DNA of 64,000 bases from an uncultured delta proteobacterium. Lineage in GTDB: Bacteria; Myxococcota; Myxococcia; Myxococcales; Myxococcaceae. Below, one piece after another: positions 51,913-64,000 of this stretch. Location of the stretch: assembly GCA_963771175.1 (NCBI GenBank), contig CAVYSY010000044.1, positions 96,001 through 160,000 on the forward strand, written 5' to 3'. The notes below the pieces were generated by a model. It was not told the DNA's origin and searched no databases. It worked only from the letters and a program-made list of their open reading frames with translations. Every line of letters starts with the position of its first letter. The stretch's first letter is position 1. A program made the position numbers and the translations under genes.

Positions 51913-53778
51913 TCAGACGTCGCACTCCCGAGGGCCACCCGTCCCGCCCAACCCGCTCCCGCTTCAGCGCCACCAGCAGCAGCGAGAAGCGCCGCCGGGG
52001 TCAGCCCCGGGATCCGCCGCGCCTGCCCCACCGTCGCCGGCCGGTGCTGCGCGCAGCTTCTCCACCGCCTCCGCCGCACAGCCCTCGCACCGTCCCGTAG
52101 CGCGAAGTCCCCCGGGATCCGCCACGCGTCCCACGCCTCCGCCTCCCGCGCCGCCGCCCGCTCCGCCTGCACGATGTAGCCCTCGTACTTCACCTCCACC
52201 TCCACCTCCTCCGCCACGTCCGCGGACAGGGCCGGCCAGCCCTCCGGCCTCTCCGCCGCCAGCGCCGCGTACGTCACCTCGGGCCGCTTCAGCCGCGCCG
52301 CCAGCCCCGTGCGCTTGAGCCGCGCCACCTCCTCCGCCACCGCCCGGCCTCGCGCCTCCACCCGCTCCAGCACCTCGCGCGGACACCAGCCCCACCCGGT
52401 GCCCGTGCTTCGCCAGCCGCAGGTCCGCGTTGCCCTCGCGCAGCTTCAGCCGGTGCTCCGAGCGGCTGGTGAACATGCGGAAGGGCTCGTCCACCCCCTT
52501 CGTCACCAGCTCGTCCACCAGCACCGCGCCGTGCGCCTCGTCCCGGCCCGAGCACCAGCGCCGGCTCGCCCGCGCACCTGCAGCCCCGCCTGAATCCCCG
52601 CGTACAGCCCCTGGAACGCCGCCTCCTCGTAGCCCGAGGTGCCGTTGAGCTGCCCGGCGAAGTAGAGGCCCTCCACCGCCTTCGTCTCCAGCGTCGCGCT
52701 TCAGCTGCGTGGGCGGCGCGTAGTCGTACTCCACCGCGTAGCCGTAGCGCACCACCTCCACCTGCTCGAGCCCCGGGATGGTGCGCAGGAAGTCGAGCTG
52801 CACGTCCGCCGGCATGCTGGTGGAGAGCCCCGCCGGGTACACCAGCGGCGAGTCGGGGCCCTCCGGCTCGAGGAACACCTGGTGCCGCTCGCGCGCGGCG
52901 AAGCGCACCACCTTGTCCTCCAGCGACGGGCAGTAGCGCGGGCCCCGGCCGACAATCTCCCCCTGGAACAGCGGCGAGCGGTGCAGGTTCTCGCGCAGCA
53001 GCCGGTGCGTCTCCGGCGGTGGTGTACGTGAGCGCGCAGGTGACGGCGGGCTGGCGCGGGAAGGTCCCCTCCCCCGCAGCCCAGCGCGTGCGCGAGGAGA
53101 GCGGGCGCGGCGGCCAGTCCCCCGGCTGGGGCTGCACGCGCGTCCCAGTCGATGCTGTCGCGCACGAGGCGCGCCGGAGTGCCCGTCTTGAAGCGGCCCA
53201 GGGTGAAGCCGAGCGAGCGCAGCGAGTCGCGACAGGCCGCGCGCCGCCTCGTCGCCCGAGCCGCCCGCCCACCTCCTTCTTCTCGCCCACGTGCATCAGC
53301 GCCTGGAGGAAGGTGCCGGTGGTGAGCAGCACCGCGCGCGCCGCCACCTGCGTGCCGTCGCCGAGCACCACGCCCGCCACGCGCCCGCCCTCGGCCGACC
53401 ACGGCGGACACCTCGCCCTCGTGCACGGTGAGGTCCGGGTTGGGCCCACAGCACCGACTGCATGGTGCGCGCGTAGGCCTCCCGGTCGCACAGCACGCGC
53501 GTGGCCTGCACCGCCGGGCCCTTGGAGGCGTTCAGCGTCTTGAAGTGCGTGCCCGCGAGGTCCGCCACGCGGCCCATCTCGCCGCCGAGCGCGTCCAGCT
53601 CGCGCACCAGGTGGCCCTTGGCCGTGCCGCCCACCGCCGGGTTGCAGCTCATGACGGCGGCGCGCTCGCGCTTGAGGGTGAGGCCGAGGGTGTCCAGGCC
53701 CATGCGCGCGCAGGCGAGCGCGGCCTCGCAGCCCGCATGGCCCAGGCCCACCACGATGACGTCGTACCGCTGCTTCAT
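51913..53778 (-). CDS. mnmG: tRNA modification enzyme MnmG (GidA), many frameshifts; 3' end approximate
   Basis: [92 protein letters not shown]. Confidence 0.95.
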
Positions 53779-54023
53779 TCGCCAGGGGGGAGGGCGGGCA
53801 GGCGACTCGCGCTCGCCCGGGTGGAGCCTCACTTCTCACGCGATGGACGGGGGAAGGCAAGTCAGCTGAGCAACGTCACCGCCATGGAGGACCGTTCCTC
53901 CCGCCGCCCCACCGGGCCGGCAGGCAGTCCGAGCCGCGAGAGTCCGTGGGACGGATACTGCAGGTCCTGAGTCCTCTGAAGAAGGTCCGTGCAGAAGGGG
54001 GGGCCGCCGGGCGCGTTCTTGAA

Positions 54024-54050
54024 AAACCTGTCCGACAGTCGGACAGGTTT
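54024..54050. repeat. Palindromic repeat copy 6
   Basis: AAACCTGTCCGAC-A-GTCGGACAGGTTT with arms CCGGGCGCGTTCTTGA / CTGAAAAGCGCGCCGG. Confidence 0.95.
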
Positions 54051-54124
54051 CTGAAAAGCGCGCCGGGAGCCAGACCCGTCGGTTCCGCTACCGACCGCTG
54101 GGCCCGAGCCTCTACCGTCGCCGA

Positions 54125-54907
54125 ATGACCTTTTCGACACAGACGATACAAGGGCCCGCGGGGCGGCTCGCCGTCACCACCGCAGGTGAGGGAGGGGTGC
54201 CTGTCCTCTTCGTGCACGGCAACAGCGGCAACCGGACGCAGTGGGCGGCGCAGCAGGCGCACCTGAAGCAGCGCAGTGTGTCCTTCGACCTGCGGGGCAT
54301 GGGCGAGTCGGAGCCGGACGCGGCGGGCCGCTACCACTACCGGGAGCTGGCCGAGGACGTGGGGGCGGTGGCGGACGCGCTGGGGCTCGAGCGCTTCGTG
54401 CTGGTGGGGCACAGCCTCGGCTGCGCGGTGGTGGCCGAGTACGCGGGGCGCCATCCCGAGCGCGTGGTGGGACTGGTGCTCGGAGACCCCGGGGACAGCG
54501 TGAAGGACCTGCCGCCGCAGGTGGTGGAGGCCTTCCGAGCGATGTTCCACCCGGAGCGCTACGAGGCCGGGCGCCTGAGGTGGTTCGAGCCGTTCCTGCG
54601 CGACGCGAAGCCGGAGACGCGCACGGCGGTGCTCGACTCGCTGTGCGCCACGCCGCGCGAGGTGGTGTACGGGGCCATCTGGAGCATGTTGGAGCTGGAC
54701 CCGGCGGAGCAGCTCGCGCGCTACCCGGGCCCGAGGCTCGTCATCGCCGCGGCCCATACGCTGGAGACGTTCGGAGACAGGGCGCTGCACCGAGTAGTGC
54801 CCGGAATCGAGCTGAAGGCACTCTCGGGGGTGAGCCACTGGCTGATGATGGATGACCCGGAGGGCTTCAACGCCGCGCTGGACGCATTCCTCCTCCGAGT
54901 GGCTTGA
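54125..54907 (+). CDS. Alpha/beta-fold hydrolase
   Basis: FVHG, DLRGMGES, GHSLG nucleophile elbow, SHW..MDDP. Confidence 0.93.
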   Translation: MTFSTQTIQGPAGRLAVTTAGEGGVPVLFVHGNSGNRTQWAAQQAHLKQRSVSFDLRGMGESEPDAAGRYHYRELAEDVGAVADALGLERFVLVGHSLGCAVVAEYAGRHPERVVGLVLGDPGDSVKDLPPQVVEAFRAMFHPERYEAGRLRWFEPFLRDAKPETRTAVLDSLCATPREVVYGAIWSMLELDPAEQLARYPGPRLVIAAAHTLETFGDRALHRVVPGIELKALSGVSHWLMMDDPEGFNAALDAFLLRVA

Positions 54908-54963
54908 CGGTGCGGGATGCTCCGAGGGGAAGTCGGACCTCCACTCGAACCGGAAGGACTCCC

Positions 54964-55269
54964 ATGCGGAAGACATTCACGCTGCTGCTGTGCCTGCTGT
55001 CGGCGGGCTGCGTCACGGCGCAGGCCACGACGGGCTCGGTGCCGAAGGAGCGCGCCACCGAGTGCGTGGCGCACTGCGCGGCGTTGGACATGAAGCTGGC
55101 GGCGGTGGTCATCATCCGCAGCTCGGCCGGGTGCGTGTGCGAGCCGAAGGACGCGCAGGGGGGTGTGTCGAGCGGCACGGCGGCGGCCGCGGGGGGAGCG
55201 CTCATCGAGGAGGAGGCGTCCCAGCAGCAGGCGGCGCAGCAGCGGGCCAGCTACGCGAGCGGCCATTAG
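54964..55269 (+). CDS. Small Cys-containing lipoprotein
   Basis: AAGGA RBS, lipobox SAGC, C...C / GCVCEP motif. Confidence 0.75.
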   Translation: MRKTFTLLLCLLSAGCVTAQATTGSVPKERATECVAHCAALDMKLAAVVIIRSSAGCVCEPKDAQGGVSSGTAAAAGGALIEEEASQQQAAQQRASYASGH

Positions 55270-55494
55270 GCCCACCGACGGGAACACGCCCGAGCATGGG
55301 CCTGAAACCATCCGAGGAGACAGTCGCCCGTGAGTGCACCCGGGCCACGACACCGGGACGGAGGTAACCTTTCCCGTTGTCCAGGGCTACACAACATCCC
55401 AAGTAGGGCGTAATCTGTCCGTATGAACCCTGGAGCCAGCGAGACTCCCTGGAGCCCACTTGAAGAGGCACGCCCGGCTGCTCATGCTCGGAAC

Positions 55495-56052
<558 letters not shown>

Positions 56053-56061
56053 GCCCGGGAC

Positions 56062-56646
<585 letters not shown>

Positions 56647-56721
56647 CCCGTGAGGCCGGTCGAACCTTCGTGGTACACCGCCCGCGTCTGACGCCGAGGT
56701 GGGCACCCTTCAAGGAACGAC

Positions 56722-58113
56722 ATGGCCACGAAAGCTCGGGGAAAAGCACAGCAGGCGAAGCGGGTGACGAGTCCGGCGCGCACAAGCAGCCCGCCGTCTC
56801 CGCCCGTGTACTTCCTCTCATTGACCCTTGAGAACGTGCGCTGCTTCGGGCCCAAGCAGACCCTGCAGCTCTCCGATGGTGAGGGACGCCCGGCGAGATG
56901 GACGGTGATTCTCGGCAACAACGGCATGGGCAAGACGACCCTGCTGCAGGCCCTCACCACCTTTGAACCTGTTGTGCTTGGACGAGCAGTCTGACGGGAC
57001 CCCCCACTACGTGCCCAAGGGGTCATCCAGCACACTCGCTTGTCCTGGTCTCCGATTCGTCATCTAAGCGGATGACGCCCGCACTTTCCGTCGTGCTCAC
57101 GGCTGGGACAGGCCGATGGCCGAGGGAGCCGAACAGGCATCGCAGAGCACCATCGTTATTCATTGACGGCCAACGAAAAGGGTCCACTGCCAGAGGGATT
57201 CAAGAGCCCTTCATCAATTTGGTGTGTTACGGCTATGGAGCAACTCGCCGGATGGGGGCTGGCTCATTGTCCGCCCCGAAAGAGTCCCAGCCCAGCGACA
57301 GCCTCTTCTTCGAAGATGTACCGCTGAGGAACGCGGAAGAGTGGCTCCTGCAAGCCGACTACGCGGCCAGCAAGGAGTCTCCCGAACAGGTCAAGCAGCC
57401 ACGGAGAGGCGCGACCGTATCAAGCAACTCCTGATCGACCTGCTCCCGGAGGTGAGCGACCTTCGCTTCGCGCCTCCCGATGCGAGCGAATCCCTGCGGC
57501 CCGGGTGGAGGTACAGACCCCCTACGGCTGGGTCGCGATGCGGAGCTTGAGCCTGGGATACCGAACACTCATCGCCTGGATGGTGGACCTCGCGAGCCGT
57601 CTGTTCGAGCGCTACCCCGACAGTCCCAACCCGCTGGCCGAGCCGGCGGTCGTGCTCGTCGATGAAATCGACCTCCACCTGCATCCGAAGTGGCAGCGCC
57701 AGCTCATCGGCTATCTGACCGAGCGTTTCCCCAATACCCAGTTCATCGTGACCGCGCACAGTCCGCTCGTCGTGCAGAGCGCCACGGATGCGAACATCGT
57801 GGTCCTGCGGCGCGAGGGTGACCACGTCGTCATCGACAACGACGTGGAATCCATCCGAGGCTGGCGGGTGGATCAAATCCTCACGAGCGACCTGTTCGGA
57901 TTGGAGACGGCTCGGCCGCCCCAGATCGAGGAACTCCTCAAGGAGCGAACCGCGCTCCTTTCCAAGCCCCGCCTGACCACCAAGGACAAGGCCAGACTGC
58001 GCGAACTGGAATCCGCTATCGGGCCTCTGCCCACGGGTGAGACGAAGACCGAACGAGAGGCGCTCGAACTCATCCAGCGCGCCGCCGCGCGCCTGAAGGA
58101 CGAACGAAAGTGA
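56722..58113 (+). CDS. ABC/AAA-type ATPase, PtuA-like (frameshifted)
   Basis: LENVRCF, GNNGMGKTT Walker A, YGYGATRR, LSLGYR signature, LVDEIDLHLHPKWQ Walker B, QFIVTAHSP H-loop. Confidence 0.85.
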
Positions 58114-58852
58114 TTCGCGTCCGCAAGCCGGCCGAGCCGCCCGAGGTCCTTCGCACGAAAGGAGCCCGCTCCCGGCGTGCCCTGAGCGCGGCGTACTCGC
58201 GTGCCTCTCGGGGCTACGAGACCGGCGAAGAAGTCCTTCGAGTTCGACTCGGCCATCTACGCCCATGCGGACGTCAAGCAGTCGCTCCGGGAGGCCCAGC
58301 ACGACAAGTGCGCCTTCTGCGAATCGAAGTTCGCCCACATCTCCTACGGAGACGTCGAGCACTTCCGTCCCAAGGCGGGGTGGCGCCAGGAGGAAGGAGA
58401 GCCACTCAGTCGGCCCGGCTATTACTGGCTCACCTACGAGTGGTCGAATCTGTTCCTGTCCTGCACGCTCTGCAATCAGCAGTTCAAGAGGAACCTCTTC
58501 CCGCTACAGACGCCCGCTCGTCGGGCTCGGAGCCATAAGGACGATGTGATGGCGGAAGACCCGCTGCTGCTCGATCCAGCAGTGGACGTCCCCGAAGCCT
58601 TCATTTCGTTCCGGGAAGAAGTGCCATACGCGGTGGATGGCAACGCACGCGGAGAGGCGACGATTCGCATCCTGGGGCTCCGGCGCCCGGAGACTGGCCG
58701 AGCAACGGAGGGAGCGCCTGGGCTATGTGAAGGCGCTCCAGAATCTCGTCCGACTCAATGGCCCAGAGGCCGCGGAGGCCCAGGAACTGCTCCAGCACAT
58801 GCAGCGGGATTCAGCGGCGTATGCCGCGATGAGTCGCGCCTTCCTGCGCTGA
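58110..58852 (+). CDS. HNH endonuclease, PtuB-like (frameshifted)
   Basis: GTGA overlap with ATPase; MIRVRK, KCAFCE, DVEHFRPK, YYWL.YEWSNL.LSC..CN, LLLDP. Confidence 0.85.
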
Positions 58853-58861
58853 GGACCTCCT

Positions 58862-58926
58862 GAAACACGAAAGGTGAGAACCGCCGCGACCCGAGAGGCC
58901 GCGCGACCCTCACCCCGTGCCTCTCC
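58862..58926. repeat. ~65-bp direct repeat, left copy (hairpin/terminator-like)
   Basis: Aligns to 60424-60489 with 6 substitutions and 1 indel. Confidence 0.9.
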
Positions 58927-58931
58927 ACGGC

Positions 58932-59417
58932 TCACCGGAATGAATCGACCACGAAGATGGAGGCGTTGGAGTACTCGATGATGGCCGTCCCGGGCTTCGA
59001 CTCGGGGCGCTTCTTGAAATGCTCCCCGAACCGGGCGACCGCGCAAATGGGCACGGTGTCTCCGTCCGGGGGCTTCGCTTCGTAGTACCGGACGACCACC
59101 AGCGGTCCACTCGTCCACACCCGCCCGTAAAGCCGTGTGGCGGGTTCGAGCGTGCCCAGCGAGCCGTCGAGGAAGCTCTCGACGGGCCCGTCATAGAGCG
59201 TGATGGGGCTCATGTCGATCTGGTTGGCGTCGAGCTCCACGTCGGAGGCATCACTGACGTGCATCCGAAGAATCCGCATCGTCTTCAGGGCTTCTTCCGA
59301 GCACTTCTCCGGTCCGGGGCTGCCATCCGCCCTCAGGGACACGCCCGCCGAAGGGCAGCCCAGGGTCGCAAGAGGCAGGACGAGGAAGGGGAGTAGACGT
59401 GCTCTAGTCGATGGCAT
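58932..59417 (-). CDS. DUF2381-associated lipoprotein (paralog of 20505-21005)
   Basis: Lipobox TLGC; motifs shared with 20505-21005. Confidence 0.85.
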   Translation of the reverse strand: MPSTRARLLPFLVLPLATLGCPSAGVSLRADGSPGPEKCSEEALKTMRILRMHVSDASDVELDANQIDMSPITLYDGPVESFLDGSLGTLEPATRLYGRVWTSGPLVVVRYYEAKPPDGDTVPICAVARFGEHFKKRPESKPGTAIIEYSNASIFVVDSFR

Positions 59418-59428
59418 GATGGGGGCTC

Positions 59429-60377
59429 CTACTCGCGCACGAGGCGTTCATCGAGAAGAACGTAGGCCTGCCTCCAGCCGTCCTCGCGGTAGATTTCCAA
59501 GAGCAGCCTAGCGCTCCCGATCTCCGTCTTGAAGGCGCTTCCGTCCACCACGACGGCCACATGCCCGGTCTCGCCAGGGGCGATCTCGTCCCGGTCCGCG
59601 CGCAAGGCGAACTGCTGCTTGTCACCGAACACATAGGGCTCGCGGCTCCTCTCCCGGGCGAATCGTCACCAGGCGAGCCTCCCGCAGGCTCCACGGCTTC
59701 GAGGGGTTATCGTTCGTCACCGTGAACAGGACCGCGGCCTTCGCCTTGCCCGCGTAGACCTGGACCACCGTTGTCACGCCCTCTTCATCCTTCATCACGC
59801 GCTTCCCGCGTAGCTTGAACGGGGTCTGCGTGATGGCACCGGAAGCCAGGAGCTTCGCGAGCGCATGGTCTGGCGTGTCCTGCCGATAGAACCGGCGCAC
59901 ATCCTCCCGGAGAGCGTCTTCCCGCGCGCGGGCGTTCTTGAGCTGGTCCTGGAGCGCCTCGCGGGTATCCGGCTCGAGGAAGACGTTCACCTGTTGGTCT
60001 GGCCACTGCCCTTCCTCCCGCGTGGCCCCCACGAGGGTGAAGGGCACCTCGGTCCCATCCGCGAGCATCACCACCAGGATGAATCGGTCCTCGGGCTCGA
60101 GGGGCTGCAGCGGCTCGACGAGCACCCTCTTGCCGGCACACGCCACCGGCTCGAAGCGGCCTTCCCAGCCCAGCATCCGGGTTCCCGCCGCGACACAGGG
60201 TTGCTGAAACCGGAGCACGGTGGCCGCTTCGGGAGTCACGTACAACCGCTCGACCCGCTCATCCTGGCGACCGAAAACGTAGGCGCTCCGCACGTTGACC
60301 TCGCGTCCACGAGCGACGGCCACGGACGCCATGAGGACGACCAGCAGGGCAGACCGGAGAGGTAAGGAGTCCCACAT
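59429..60377 (-). CDS. DUF2381-family protein (frameshift near 59635)
   Basis: Signal peptide; ATVLRF, LGWEGRFEP, L.DGTEVPF, DQQVNVF, DHALA.LLA.G, FALR....EIAPG..G.VAVVVD..AF. Confidence 0.85.
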
Positions 60378-60423
60378 ACGCGGGCCAACCTATCCGATGG
60401 TGCGAACAAACCTCCAGCCCCCG

Positions 60424-60502
60424 GAAACACGAAGGGTGAGGGCCCTCGCGACCCGAGTGGCCGCGCGACCCTCACCCCGATGCCTCTCCCGAGAGGAGAG
60501 GG
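60424..60502 (-). terminator. Right copy of the direct repeat; hairpin downstream of M16 peptidase, including a CCCTCACCCC...CTCTCCC...GGAGAGGG REP-like unit
   Basis: GGGTGAGGG...CCCTCACCC stem followed by TTCGTGTTTC on the - strand. Confidence 0.6.
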
Positions 60503-60509
60503 AAAGCGC

Positions 60510-63341
<2,832 letters not shown>

Positions 63342-63507
63342 GCGGGAGACCTGCTTGCGCGAAGGGTTCCGGGACTGCGAGCAGAAGCTACCAACCGGGC
63401 ATGCCCGGGTCGTGTTCCCGACGAGCGGAAGTGACGGCGAAAAAGCCCGGGGCTGAACGAAGCGGGGGGAGGACGTCGGGCAGGAGACCGCTCGGGCGGG
63501 GCGGTGC

Positions 63508-64000
63508 ATGCTCCCTGGGCATAAGAGACGCCTTCTGTTGCTGCGCATGACCCTGGCGCTGTGCTTCGTGGTGCCCACCTCGTGCGCCACGTCTCGGGCC
63601 GTCGCCCCTGATGGCGAGCGAGCCCGCGCGGAGCCCAAGCGGGTGAGGGTCGACGAGCTGTCGGGAGACCGGCTGCGGCTCTCCTTCGAGCCGGTGGCAC
63701 CCGACCCATCTCTGGAGGTGCTGTGCCTGGAGGAATCAAAGGAGGTGCTCGTGCTCCTGCACGAGTCCCTGCCCCAGTGGGAACTGCACTTGCGAGAGGA
63801 GTACCTCTTCCGTTTCGGCGATGCTGTTCACCAAGGCCTTCGTGGTGGCGCTCACGGTGCGACTGTCATTGTTGGTGGGCGCACTGGAGCTCACCCAACT
63901 GGCCCGAGCATGCCTGCGCCTGTACCAGGAGGCCGAGGCCGCGCGGACGGTGCAGGAATTGGAAGCAGCGACGGAACACTTCGGCAAGGCACTGGGAGGC
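63508..64000 (+). pseudogene. Degenerate myxobacterial lipoprotein-toxin (SitA/AHH-type) N-terminal region, runs off window
   Basis: Lipobox-like PTSC; RLRLSFEP; after a frame break near 63820 FTKAFVVALTVRL.LLVG.LEL..LA.ACLRLYQEAEAART..ELEAA.EHFGKALGG. Confidence 0.55.

Noticed and set aside
51150..53778. mnmG and rsmG as pseudogenes or programmed frameshift genes
   Set aside because: Scattered single-base indels with otherwise conserved protein sequence, also in actB, actD, ctaE, egtD, EamA and the MCP, point to sequencing/assembly error; read polishing would decide
51800..54120. oriC next to gidA
   Set aside because: Only three DnaA boxes, no AT-rich unwinding element and no dnaA in the window

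Overview
High-GC myxobacterial chromosomal DNA (gene content typical of Cystobacterineae such as Archangium/Cystobacter; inference). It covers the chromosome-segregation locus: mnmG(gidA)-rsmG(gidB), an array of 14 parS palindromes, then parA-parB-bacM. Core genes include an alternative complex III + A2-type caa3 oxidase operon (21.2-32.8 kb), egtB-egtD, an MCP, an M16 peptidase and assorted enzymes. Accessory islands between them carry a lipoprotein polymorphic toxin + immunity pair, a lipoprotein nuclease island, two Rpn genes, two DUF2381 + lipoprotein cassettes, tandem Uma2 nucleases next to an ATPase + HNH (Septu/PtuAB-like) pair, and a decayed toxin at the right end. Most notable non-coding signals: (1) six copies of a 27-31 bp perfect palindrome AAACCTGTCCGACWGTCGGACAGGTTT at core/accessory borders; (2) an identical sigma54-like -24/-12 motif at identical spacing before both rpn genes, each gene also having an internal RBS for a nested small protein; (3) a ~65-bp direct repeat flanking one DUF2381 cassette; (4) three DnaA boxes at the mnmG/rsmG junction. 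Many conserved genes carry single-base frameshifts, most likely assembly errors. All family assignments come from motif recognition by eye, not database searches.
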